This document shows positions 11,871-23,996 of a stretch of DNA of 64,000 bases, one piece after another; the stretch's first letter is position 1; every line of letters starts with the position of its first letter. The stretch comes from Vicugna vicugna (Eukaryota): assembly GCA_013265495.1 (NCBI GenBank), contig MU057651.1, positions 2,768,948-2,832,947 of the forward strand, given 5' to 3'. A program made the position numbers and the translations under genes. Below the pieces are notes generated by a model that saw only the letters and a program-made list of their open reading frames with translations, ran no database searches and was not told the origin of the DNA.

Positions 11871-14754
11871 AATTCATTTATTTTTTCTCTCCCCCATTAA
11901 AATGTCAGCCCCAAGAGGACAGTGACCAGTCCCCGTTGACACCGCGTCCCCAGCTCCCGACAGCTCCTGGTGCCTGGAGGTCCCGTGGGGCCACACCTGC
12001 AGGAGCAAGTAGGTGGTGGGGCAGCTCTGCTGTCCCATCTCACGTCAGCAACTTGCAAGGAAGATTTCACAGCGGGTTCATCGTGTTTGAAATAAAGACT
12101 TAAAGGAAACTCACGGTATTCAAGGACAGCCCTGTAAAAACCTGTGCTCAGCCTCCCGTCCTGTTCTGCCAATCACATATCCTTCAGTTTCCCAAGATGT
12201 TTGCAGCTCACATTCCCTTGCACATAAATGCCGAAGTCAGCAGAAACCCCAGTCCCTCATGGTTTCTTTGGATGCCCGTTCGTGCTTCCTTGTGAGACCC
12301 CGACCGTGCAGTGCCGGCTCATCCAAGAAAGGGTCCTCCCACGGAACAGGCCGGACATGGGCAAGAAGTAGCCAGACGCCCAGAAAACTCGGCCAAGCCG
12401 ACCCCGGCTCCCACAGGAAAATGGAAAGGACTGAAGGTCATTATTCCTCCCAGTCCTTGAGTTGTGCAGATCCCAGGCTCCTTGCGAAGCAAATCAGCCA
12501 GTGCGAAATGAACCCGGTTAAACGCTCTCCTCTGCTTGACAAGCCACCTGCCCAGCAACGGTGAGCAGGCCGGAGGACCAGAGAACTTGCACGATGCAGG
12601 GTGCAGATGATAAATTAAGCCAACCAGGCAGAGCAGAGCAGGGGCCTGGCTGATGCAAGTCTGGAGGTGCATCACTGGACGCCTGTCTGCCTCAAACACC
12701 CCCACATTCAAGGGGCCACAAACTTGTGATGGAGAACCCTGGCCACCAATGTCTGCAGTGTGCCTGGCCCCAGCCAGCGTCCCTGGAACACATGCATTTC
12801 ACATCCCTGATCCTAACCGCTTTTCTCCCCTCCACCCTGTGTAGACGCAGACCTTCGCACCCCTCCCGTCCTTCGTCCTCACAACTACGTGTGCCTGACG
12901 GAGCCCTGAGCACCGCCACGGACTCCCCTCGGGCCTACGAATGCCCCAAGCATTTTCCCCAGCTCTGTGCGGACACCCCCTTAAATGTACTGCATGGCTC
13001 AAACATTTCATATCTATTTCGGGTTCCGAAATCTGTGGTCCTCTTGCCTCTCCAGCATTCTGACAGCTCAGACCGTCACGTCTTCCTTGAGGTGCGGGGG
13101 CTGATCCAGCTCCCACCAGGCACGCACAGACAGGGACGTCCCCATCTTTAAAACAGGGGACATAGTCCGTTTATCGCAAAGGCACAGATAGGGTTTCCTT
13201 CTTGCCTGGTAAGTATTTTTGGTGATATGATGTCACCACGGGCACATGGAGATGGCCTTAGGCAGCGGGAAGCCGGGAGCCCCGAGCCGCCCCCATCCTG
13301 GTCCCCGGGCAAGTCCTGGCTTCTGTTACCCGGACTTCCCACACTCCATCATCCGCGTCTCTGGAACATAACTGAATTATGACACAACACTTTTTTTTTT
13401 TTTAGCCAGATCTGGTCTATGCAGCATGGAAATATTTCTCCTCCCCACCCCACACTCCACACCCTCAGACAGGCCAGTGCCAGGGTCCCCCGGCCCCTCT
13501 CCTAGATCCCAGAACACAAGAGTGTTTCTCAACCTTCAACCCACGGGCAGCCACAACCTTCTGGCTGCCCAGAGAATACTTGTGGTCTGACCCCTGTTTC
13601 CTCATCTCCCCACTCCTGGAATGTGTACACAAGATGCAGAAAAAAAAATCCACAGAATCATTTGGGTGGAAACCCCGTTAAGGCTCAGACACCGTTGAAG
13701 ATGCTGGTTCACAGCCACATAAAACAAAAGGGCAAACCAAGAGCGCAGCGCACGTAGCCTGGGGTCAAGGCCGCCGGCCAGCGCCCTCCTGCTCCGGTTT
13801 TGGCGTTTCTCCGGCTACAAAGCGGCCACCTTCCATGAGGCACAGACCACAGCTTGCCCGCAGGAGGGGTCTGGGCTCCTGTTTCTGTCCAAACCGGTCA
13901 ATAACATTTTTTTTTTTTAAATATCAAGTCCTTTTCTGGTAGGGGCGTGAGTTATGCCTTCTTGCAAAGGTTGGTGACGAAATCCGCAGATTTTTGCTTC
14001 TCACGGTCACACCAGATTTTCTCAGGAGTTTTTCTCCAGTGAGCGAAGCCCAGGAAATCCTTTAGAAAAAGCAATGGCCCATGAAGATGAAAGGGGAAAA
14101 AGCCAAGAGGTGGTGGGACTTAAGACTGCGGGGTGCACCCCCCCCGCACCCCCAGACAGGGTGCCGTCCGCCGGAGGGCCAGTCACATGGGAACCAGCGC
14201 GACACTCGGTGTGTCCACCCCCGCTGAGCGCCCAGGAATTTATTACACTCACTATCAAACGATAATTTGATGCCGTCCCACGCACACGGCTGGCAGCAGG
14301 GGACCACAACTGAGAGGAAACACGCCAGGATCTGAGCGTCAGGAAATGAGAGCAACTTCGTCCGCGACGCCTGGATTTTTCCCATAATTTCAAATTAAAA
14401 AAAATACACCACTGATGATGGTTTCTGTCTCAAAGGGATTCCTTATCTCAGCGAGTCCTCTTCTCCGTCTCTGCGGTTGTCACCGCAGCCGTGGGACGTG
14501 CGTGCTGGCCGGGATGACAGTTCTGCACACGTTCCCGCGGCCCCGAGCATCCCTGGGGGAGCCGTGCAGACCCGAGCGCGGGTCCTCGGCAGCCCCCTGC
14601 GCTCCCGGGGGCAGGTGCGTGGCGGTCCCAGCCCATCGGGAACGCGACTGCAGGCGGGGGACACTGCTGTGATGGCCCAGGGCCCCGTATCACCCTGGGG
14701 AAGGCTCTGGGGGGCTGGGTCTCCCCGGAATGGCTCTGGAAGGATTTCATGTAA

Positions 14755-14905
14755 CCTTCTCTTTCTTTTTCTTCCTTCCTTTTCTTTCTTTCCTTTCCTT
14801 TTCTTTCTTTTTTTCTCCCTTCCTTCCTTCCTGTCTTTCTTTCTCTCTCTTTTCTTTCTTTCTTTTCTTTTCTTTCTTTTTCTTCCTCCCTCCCTTCCTT
14901 CCCTC
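14755..14905. repeat. (CTTT/CCTT)n polypyrimidine microsatellite
   Basis: Directly visible. Confidence 0.95.
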
Positions 14906-15019
14906 GCTGTGGCTTTTATCATTCTGAGCGACAGCCCTCCACACCCACTTTGCAGACAGTTTCTATTACAAACAGATCTTGGATTTAGTCTATTCTGCGT
15001 CTACGACCATGACCATAAC

Positions 15020-15390
15020 TTTTAGCCTTCCTGTGGGTCACGTGGTGAATCCCGCTGATTGATCTGTAGATGCTAAACCATCCTGTGCCCCTGGAACGAA
15101 TCGGACTTGAACGCGGCGCACAACCCTTTTCAGTGCACTTGACTGGCTGGCATTTTGCTGAGGATTTCCGCATCCGGGTCCATCAGGGAACTGGCCTGTA
15201 AATGTCCTTCCTCGGGGTGTCCTTGTCCGAATATCAGGGTAACGCTGGCCTCAGAAGATGAGTCTGGAGGAGTCCCTTCCTCTTTTATTTTTTGGAGGAG
15301 TGTTAGAAGGATTGGTACTAAACCTTCGTTGAATGTTTGATGCACGTCCCCAGTGCAGCCACCTGCTCCTGGGTTTTTGTCTGTTGGACC
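15020..15390 (-). mobile_element. Degenerate L1 ORF2 reverse-transcriptase fragment
   Basis: KNPGAGGCTGDVHQTFNEGLVPILLTLLQKIKEEGTPPDSSSEASVTLI..LMDPDAEILSK resembles L1 [59 protein letters not shown]. Confidence 0.85.
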
Positions 15391-17945
15391 CCCTACCGTT
15401 TTAAATAGAAGCCCTAGGTAGGACGCCTGAGGATGGGGATGCTGTTGGCTGCATCTACCAAGGAGAAGGCAGTTGGTTACGCCCCCCACGCTGAGACGGA
15501 CCGCCCCTTTATGGGGGTGCCCACGGCCAGCCTCCCAGACCCCTTTGCGCCCACGTTCAGCTCCGAAGCGACCCCGTAGCTTTATTCTGGGATGAAACAC
15601 GCTGCATGCAGACTCAGTCCCCCTCGGCTCAGTGGACTTCTGGGCCCTGCCCCACTCCCAACAGCCGGAGTTTGACTTCCAAGTGTCACCGGCAGCAGCG
15701 ACACGCACGTGGAGCCCGTGTCTCCTCCTCCCGGCCATGGCGCCCTCACCTCCTGTCTCGGTTTCTCAAGAGTAAAGTGAACATCCTGTCCCCGTCCGTG
15801 CACATCTAACTCGGTCCTGTAGAGCAGAGCATCCCCATGACGGCAGAGTCTCCGCTCCGGGAGACGCGGGCCCCGCACAGCCGCCGAGAGCAGAGGGGAG
15901 CTCCCCGCCTCCGTGGCCCTTCCCGGGCAGGAGCCACGGGCCCCACGCGGTACGGAGGGGCTCTGAGAGCCGCAGGTGACAGGCACCTCGAGCTAACACG
16001 TGTCACAGGTCCAGCGGAGCGGCCCGTGTCCCCGCCTCCGTACAGCGTCATTTACGAAAACCATCAGCATCGCAGGCAGGACCGTGAAGTGTCTCCCACC
16101 GGCCGCAGTGGTGCCCTCTGACACTGGCCCCCATCACAGGACCGGGTGGGCACTATTAGACAGAAATCCCAGGATGCTAGAGAAAATGAATCGGCGACAA
16201 GCCAGAGGGAGAATGGCACGACATACGTATTCTTATAGCTCGACCAAGACACTCTGATCAAATACCCACCTATGTCTGGAGTTGCAGCCTATTTTTTTTT
16301 CAAGCCACAGAGGCAAAAGCATTCCTTTCTTACCTTTAACTTTTTTGGGGGGGTTTCTCCCTTTGAAAAACAAAAAAATCTCCTCGGAATGTCTGAGCAG
16401 TAGTGGCACCCGAGTTTATCGCATGATCGCAGCCTGGAGTTCAACGCGAACATTTCTGAAACGGGGAATTTCTGAAAGCTGAGCTCAAGCGTCTCCTCCG
16501 GAAGGGGACGCCAGGCTGCCCGGGTCACCCAGTGGGGAACGTCGCAGGGTGGGTACTGGGCTGTACTGGAGGCTGCCGCTCCAAAGAGCTACGCCGACGA
16601 CACCATTGTGAACCCACAGTGTATCGTCTGGGCGACCAACACGCATCGGCGGGCAAACACGGGCAGCCACTGCACACCGGGGCCGGGCGCCTCGGTTCCC
16701 AGCACGGAGCATCCCTGGGGGGCTCCCTGGAGATGGCCAATCACAGGCAGGGGAGGACGGACAGGGATCCACGTGTGGGACCCAAGCATCCTCCTCCTTT
16801 GCTCCCCGCACCGCCCCACCCCATTCTGTCCTTTCTCGTCCATTTGTTCTCAACATTAACATCTTAGTCTATGAGTCAAGATTCAAACGCTAGAAAACAA
16901 ATCATTACGCACCCTGCCAGGACATAATGAGAATACCGTGCCCCGCTTATGGACACACAACCGTTTACAGAGCGGCATTTGGTCTGAACTCAACACAGGC
17001 ACCTTCTTTCCACCTGGAACCTGTGGCCTCCACCCCGGCCTCTGCCTGCAGACACCCAGGAGGTCAGTCTGGGTCCCTGCGGTCACCGGGCCGCACCTGC
17101 CAGCCAGGGGGCTGAGCACAGCGCTTCCCTGTCCTTGGTGGGGACAACAGAGGTCGCACGTGGGTCCCAGCCTTACCCACCATCTCCCTGGACAGAACAC
17201 CAGCCCTTTTGTACTTGGGGAGGGGGCTCCAGCTTTCCATCCGGGCTGAGTCTGTCCAGAATCCCGGAGGAGGTTCCCAGGACGGGAGGAGGAGGGGAGG
17301 GAGTGCCTGGGGGACCGTCTTAGGCTGAGCGGGGCGAGGCCACGGCCCCGGGCGAGCAGGGATGTGCCCGGCCAGGACCCCCTTTGGAGACCCTCACTCC
17401 GCCTGCTAAGCCGGAGAGGAGGCCAGAGGGGAGGCCGTGGGCGATGCTGGAGGCGGGGAGGCCGGGAGGCCTCGGGAGCGGTGTGATTCTGCACGTGCTC
17501 TGAAGGCGGCCAACAAGATCAGAGGGGGACCGCAGATGGAGTGCGGGAAGCCGAGGAGGCCAAGGGGACCCCGAGCTGGGGCTGAGTCACCGTGGTGACG
17601 GGGCTGCATTTCCCGAGACGGGGAAGGGCGTGGAGGGATGTGGTGGTGGTGGGGGTGGAGGTCTGTTTCTCTCCGCTGCCCGGTTTCAAAAGCATCTTAA
17701 ACGCCACTTACTCCACCAACCCGTGTGCAGGCAAGCGGGGTCCTACCGTCCTAAGCTGGTGCATCAAAGAGCGGGCGACGGTCACAAAGGAGATGCAGAC
17801 ATTAGGAAAAAACACATACTCCCCTTTTAAAGGAAATTATGAAAATCAGTACTCTGAAACGGGCTTTTCTTTTTCTTTTTTTTTTAACCACTCATCGCTA
17901 CAAATGTTAAATTCTCAGCCAAGCGGTTAAAAATCTACGGTCCTC

Positions 17946-18108
17946 TTTTTTTTTTTTTAATATATTTATTTATTTTTATTTTATTTACTTTTTTCAAGCG
18001 GGAAGGTAATTAGGTTTATTTATTCTTCTAGTGGAGGTACTAGGAATTGGACCCAGGACCTCAAGCATGCTAAGCATGCGCTCTACCAGTTGAGCTAGAC
18101 CCTCCCCC
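17946..18108 (-). mobile_element. vic-1-like SINE
   Basis: Reverse-complement head cccaggacctcaagcatgctaagcatgcgctctaccagttgagctagaccctcccc with T-rich tail. Confidence 0.9.
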
Positions 18109-19664
18109 TCCTTTTCCCTTTGAGAACCAAATATTCCAGCCAACTTTTCAGATTCTAGTTAAATTGTTTTGTTCCCATTCTAAGAATGCAATGTTTGGGG
18201 GGAAAAAATCATTGAAGCTTTAATAACAAAACCTGCCTCTCATAGTTTCCAGATTCGCATTGGATAGCATGTGATAGGAAAGCTTAGAAAAAAAATTACT
18301 TTTAATGGGCAAACAGGTATGCAAAGAGTTCAGGGTCATTTTTCTAAATTGCATTTGAGGGTCTGTCCCCTTTCCAGTCTTTGATACAAGTTTCACATGC
18401 AAGACACTGGTTTTGGAATGAGAAACTGACTGGCTGTGGTAAGTGTGTCATCTGTCGCTGTTGGCACAAGGCTTCAGGGAAGCAATGTGGTCACATTTAT
18501 TGTCCTGAAAGGCCCTGAACTGTCTCAGACCCTCTGATTCCCGAACACCTTTGCAAATCTCTTCTAGAAGGAAAATCCTCCAAATGAAAATGGGCTTCAG
18601 TGGCAAAGATGGTCCCCACATTATTTATGATCCCAGAGAAAAGAAGCCACAGGAACAGGACTGAGCGAGGCACCCTGCGCCTGGTGGCCGTTCAATGTCC
18701 CGTAACCCCCGCGGGAGCCCTGGGGGTGATGCTCACAAACCCACCTCCACGGGGTGGTACCCGCTCAGGTCAGAATCCAGTTTCAAGGAAGCAGACACAA
18801 AAGCCACACTCTTCCCTCTTCACGGACCATCACACCACCTTTTACAAAATGATGGAGGGACCGTGCTGGAGCAGAGCAAGTTGCCACTGACATGATGCTA
18901 AATGGAAAAGCCACAGGAAACGCTCAGGAGAACACAAAGGAGCAAGAACTCCGTGGTGGGCTGCGGGCACGCCACGTGGCTCTCCCACTCCACCTGGAAA
19001 ACGCCCCACCTGCGTATTTACAATGTATTTTATAATTCTGACCATGACACGTGTGGAAGGTACAAGCGATGCTTTGAAAATCTCTCTCCCAAACTGACTC
19101 GTGAGCAAAGTCAGTTCCAGATCGCAACCGTCGCTCAGCCCTCGGCATGTGTTTTTTCTGCTCTCGATTTGGGAGTGCTTCAGAGACGGCGAATTTTAGC
19201 TTTTCGGGGCCAGGATGGTGGCAGTGCTTGTGGAAATACTGACCCCTTGTGGCGGGACGGACTCGACACACATTTCTGGGGCACGGGCTCTTTATAATAA
19301 TGCACTGGGGACAGGGGACAATGGGCCGTGCAGGGTGCATAGAAGTGTGGGCTCTCGGGTTGTAAGCATGGGACTCGGGGCACGAAATCATGGACTTTGC
19401 TTTACAACTTAGTTTTAAATAACTTTTTCTAAAAGTGTCACAGTACTCATGGGCATCCTTCTAAACTTCTGGGCTCCTTAATCGCTGGACCTCAATACCA
19501 CAGCCCTCATCTGGGCCAGGTGACTCTGCGGGGACACATCAGCCTGGACCCCAGAAGAATATTGGGGCTCTGGACAGAGACTCGCTTTCGAACACAGTGA
19601 GCACCTTTTTCTATTTGAAAGAAGCAAACATGAGGTGATGGGGTACTTCCAGGACTGCCTTAAT

Positions 19665-19851
19665 GGGGGTGAAATGGCGCAATTTCTTAGTTAACCAATT
19701 AGTTAATTATCTAATTAATTAGTTAATTAGCTAATTAATCAGTTAATCAGTTAATTAATTAGTTGATTAATTTTAATGGTGATACTGGAGGTTGAACCCA
19801 GGACCTCGTGCATGCTAAGCACGTGCTCCACCAATGAGCTACACCCTCCCC
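19665..19851 (-). mobile_element. vic-1-like SINE whose tail is converted to a TAAT/TTAA-rich repeat
   Basis: Head gaacccaggacctcgtgcatgctaagcacgtgctccaccaatgagctacaccctcccc; 19689-19770 is degenerate (agttaatt)n. Confidence 0.88.
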
Positions 19852-20474
19852 TCTAGACAATTAAAAAAAAAACTGAAGCAACGATTTTTGTTTTTCAAAT
19901 CATTCACCATTCTGCCTTTACGCTAACAAGCAACACGATGGTATCCGATATGGCTGACTCTGATACATTTTAGGCTGGTCCAATTTTTAGCATTTAAATG
20001 AAGGCAAAAAACATTCAGCCCCTTACAGTCCATGTTACAATCGGCCCAAAGTCAGATGGAGAACAGAACCAGGATTAGAACTCGGGTCCCTTTGCTCCTG
20101 CTTCACAGCATTATTTTCCACGCCAGCCAACAGCACGGGATGTGTGTGTGTGTGTGTGTGTTTGTGTGGCATTTGTGGGCGCTGGATTGCAAACGGGCTC
20201 AGATGCCTTGTTCCAACAATGCACACAGTTCATCCTGCTGTGTACCTGACGCAGGAAAAGAGCAGTGGGTGGGGACAGAGACCTGAGGGCCACTCCCACC
20301 ACCCACTGGGATGGGGTCCCCTCCATGTGTCTCCGGGTCTGGATGTGTGCTTATGAGAAGGGACAGTTTCCTGGAAAACGCAGACTTCCCGGAAAACTGC
20401 TTGACATGATTTTTGAGGTGACTGTCTTCACTGTGACTCAAGGATCCTTCGATTAAGAAAATGAGGACATAGCA

Positions 20475-20630
20475 GGGAGGGTGTAGCTCAAGGGGTAGAG
20501 CGCGTGCTTAGCATGCATGAGGTCCTGGGTCCAATCCCCAGCACCTGCTCTAAAGGTAAATCAATGAATAAAGCTAAGTACCTCCCCTCACCGAAAATGA
20601 AATAGAATAAAAGAAATAAAAGAAAAGAAA
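20475..20630 (+). mobile_element. vic-1-like SINE with 17-bp target site duplication
   Basis: Full head; TSD aagaaaatga(g/a)gacata at 20455-20471 and 20631-20647. Confidence 0.93.
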
Positions 20631-21328
20631 AAGAAAATGAAGACATATGTTGGAATAGACTGAATGTCAGTTTACATAAAAGTAATCTATCCAGGAAAGA
20701 TCTGATTACTGTGGCCATTTATATTGGGAGCAGTTTTTAAAAATACAGATCTATTCTCTTCAGACTCTTCAAATTACAGATATAAGGAACTGGTTGCATT
20801 TTCTCAAGGAAAAATAAAAAATAATGCCCAGAGAGTTTCTAATAAAGCTCTGATCCAGTTTACTCACCATCTCGGGAAGCTTCTAAAGGGGTGAGTGGAG
20901 CCCTATGACGGCTCAGCCTTACAAGGATGCTGCCAGGTGGGTGGCGCTGTGCCCATTACACAGATGAGGAAAGTCGAGAGGTCCCCTGTGCCGTGCGGGA
21001 CTGAAAGCTCGGCTCTCCGCCCCAAGGGCAGATGCCTTCACTTAGCCAGGCATCAGCGGCTTGGGGGAAACTTATAAAAACAGGAGAAGTGCTCTTAAGA
21101 AGCGTTACGTCAGCAACACGCTTGACAGATGAGAGGGTAATAGCGAACGTGAATAAGATGTAGTGGACATAAAGAAATAGAAACACGAACAGACAACGCC
21201 TCAGGAAACAGAAATCGACATCAACAGATCTGATCAGCCACGTGGCCTCTGGAGGCGGGGACTGTCTGCATCAGGAAGGCTGCACTCGTGTCCTGGTGTT
21301 GAGAGGAGGAGGAGATGAGATCGCGGTC

Positions 21329-21992
21329 TTACATGACCCAGCAATCCCACTCCGGGGCATACATCCAGAGGGAACTCTAATTCAAAAGGACACCTGCACC
21401 CCAATGTTCACAGCAGCACTATTTACAATAGCCAAGACATGGAAACAGCCTAAATGTCCATTGACAGATGACTGGATAAAGAAGTCATGGTATATTTATA
21501 CAATGGAATACTACTCAGCCATGAAAAAGGATAAAATAATGCCATTTGCAGCAACATAGATGGAACCGGAGATCATCATTCTAAGCGAAGTAAATCAGAC
21601 AGAGAAAGAAAAACACCACAGAGTACCACTTACATATGGAATCTAAAAAGTAACGCAAATGAACTTATCTACAAAACAGAAGCAGACTCACAGAATAGAA
21701 AATAAACTTGTGGTTACCAGAGTGGGAAAGCGTGGGACAGAGGGATAAACTGGGAGTTGGGGATTTGCAGATACAAACTACTACATATAAAACAGATAAA
21801 CAACAAGGTCCTACTGTACAGCACAGGGAACTATATTCAATACCTCATAATAGCCTATAATGAAAAATAATCTGAAAAATATATGTGTGTAACTGAATCA
21901 CTATGCTGTACACCAGAAATTAACACAACACTGTAAACCGACTATACTTCAATAAAAATGAATGAATGAATGAATGAATGAATAAATAAAAT
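21329..21992 (+). mobile_element. 5'-truncated L1 (ORF2 end, 3'UTR, (GAAT)n tail)
   Basis: [51 protein letters not shown], followed by a typical 3'UTR. Confidence 0.95.
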
Positions 21993-22385
21993 ACTCTTTC
22001 GATAGATAGTTGCAGAATTTAAGAAACACATGTGAAGCTCCAACATCATCCACTGCTCCTGAGAATGCAGCGGGGGCAGCTCCAGATTAACTGCCCCCCG
22101 GTGACCCTAACAAAGGACCCTCCTGATCATGCTGCCTGGAGAGGGGGAGCAGGGGACAGGGAGAAGGAGGAACTAAAATATTCCACATCCTTCCAAAATA
22201 ACACGGGGAACTGGAAAAGAAGCCACATGAAGCTCTGTGCATCTATCTGGACTGAAAAAAAAAAACCCAAAAAACCAAGAAACCAAAACCAACTAAATCG
22301 ACGGATAATTGTGTTCTCTGGAAGTCGTGCAAAGCTGGGAGACGCTGACGGGTTAGCGGAAGCCCCTGCAGATGTTAGTACTCAC

Positions 22386-22457
22386 GTTGGAGCCCCTTCT
22401 CAGTGTGGTCTTGGCCTCCTCATCGCTGTCCGCCCCCGGCTGCCCGATCTGCGGGGC
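22386..22457 (-). CDS. COBL: COBL 72-nt alternative exon (APQIGQPGADSDEEAKTTLRRGSN)
   Basis: Acceptor gcttgtgttccag|GCC, donor AAC|gtgagt, phase 0-0, 24 codons with no stop. The GADSDE core matches the recalled extra exon of mouse/human long COBL isoforms. Confidence 0.85.
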
Positions 22458-23182
22458 CTGGAACACAAGCACGTGCTCTGTGTCACCTCCAGGTGACTGC
22501 AGGTTCCCACAGACCATCCTCGGCAACTGCTAAGGCAAAGCCCACCAGCCCGGCCCCCCGCCAAGGCTGCAGCATCTGCACAGTGGTGGCCCCCCGGCCA
22601 CGTCTCTCAGCCCCTCACCGGTGCTCACGGATCTGAAAACCCCAATTTTAAATTCATGACTTGTGAGTATGAGTTTTCGTCCTCTCTTTTTGCCCCCAAA
22701 GCATCACTGTTGCTTAGAAGCAAGATGGACCCAGACGTGGGACTGAGCGGGTGAGTCAGCTCAGAAAACGATCAATGAAGTAGGTTTTCTGCGTTTTAAG
22801 GATTTGAGAATTTCTGTTTTAAATTCCGTTGATCACTGACTGGGTGTACATGGAAATAAGTCACTAAATATCTCACTCTCTATCCGTAAAAGGTGATCAG
22901 TAATGACACATTACTGTCCATTGCTTAAAAGAAGGCTTTTCTTGATGGTGAGGGGACCTCCAGGAAGGGGTCACTGGAAAACACAGCTCCGGGGCCCCAA
23001 CCTGACCTCCCACATGACAACCTTTGGGGCCATGACCCACGAATCTAATTGTTAAATCCGGTCTTAAGGTGACTCTAACAGACTTTCCAGAACCACTGTG
23101 TTAGGAGAATAAATAATGTCAAAATGACACAAAATTATCACATTTTAGTAAAACATTAAGATACCAAACTTTTAAAGCAAAG

Positions 23183-23483
23183 AAAGACTCACAGACATAG
23201 AAAACGAACTTATGGTTAAGAGGGTAAAGGGTGATGGGGGGAGGGATAAATTAGGAGTTTAAGATTAACACGTAAACACTACTGTATATAAAAGCGAGAA
23301 ACAACAAAGACGTACTGCGAAGCTCAAAGAACTATATTCGGGATTTTGTAATAACATAACGGAAAAGAATTTGAAAAAGAATATATATGTAAGTTTGTGT
23401 AACCGAGTCACTTTGCTGTATGCCTGAAACAAACACATTTTAAGTCAAATGTGCTTCCATTTAAAAAACGTAAAAAAAAAAAA
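23183..23483 (+). mobile_element. L1 3'UTR fragment
   Basis: agactcacagacatagaaaac..gagggataaattaggagttt..gagtcactttgctgta, then polyA. Confidence 0.88.
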
Positions 23484-23857
23484 GAAAGAAACACCCAAAG
23501 AAAAAATATTTGCGTTCATCTACTTCAGCCAAAATGACATCCTTTTAAGTATATCCTCTACAGAGAGTTTATACACACATATCCTTTTTTTTTTTTCCTT
23601 TAAGGAGATAAGACAAGACTCACTTGAGTTTTAAATGTCACGATACTTCTCCATTCTTAATATTCTGCTTCCCTGAGACATTTGTAGTCTATCTGGCACC
23701 ACGGAATTTTAGATATTGTTCAGAAAATACTCCTTTTTCCCTGAAGGAATTAATATTCCTAAGCATCGCCAGAAAAATGCCAAGATCGGCCGAGGACACA
23801 CATCTCAAGAAACCATCTTTACATCGCGGAGACTCAATCGAGTGTTTGATCAATTAC

Positions 23858-23955
23858 CTTACTGCTGCTTCTTTTATTAACTTTGAAAAATCCCAGAATT
23901 TTTTTCTTCTCTTTATCTGTCTCATCGCTGCCAAAGGATGATTTTCTAAAGGTTT
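23858..23955 (-). CDS. COBL: COBL coding exon 5 ([33 protein letters not shown])
   Basis: Matches recalled COBL peptide. Acceptor T30-cccctag|AA, donor AAG|gtaatt, 98 nt. Confidence 0.96.
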
Positions 23956-23962
23956 CTAGGGG

Positions 23963-23996
<34 letters not shown>

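Noticed and set aside
14443..15025. Lys/Arg-rich and Phe/Leu-rich ORFs
   Set aside because: They are translations of the (CTTT)n microsatellite.
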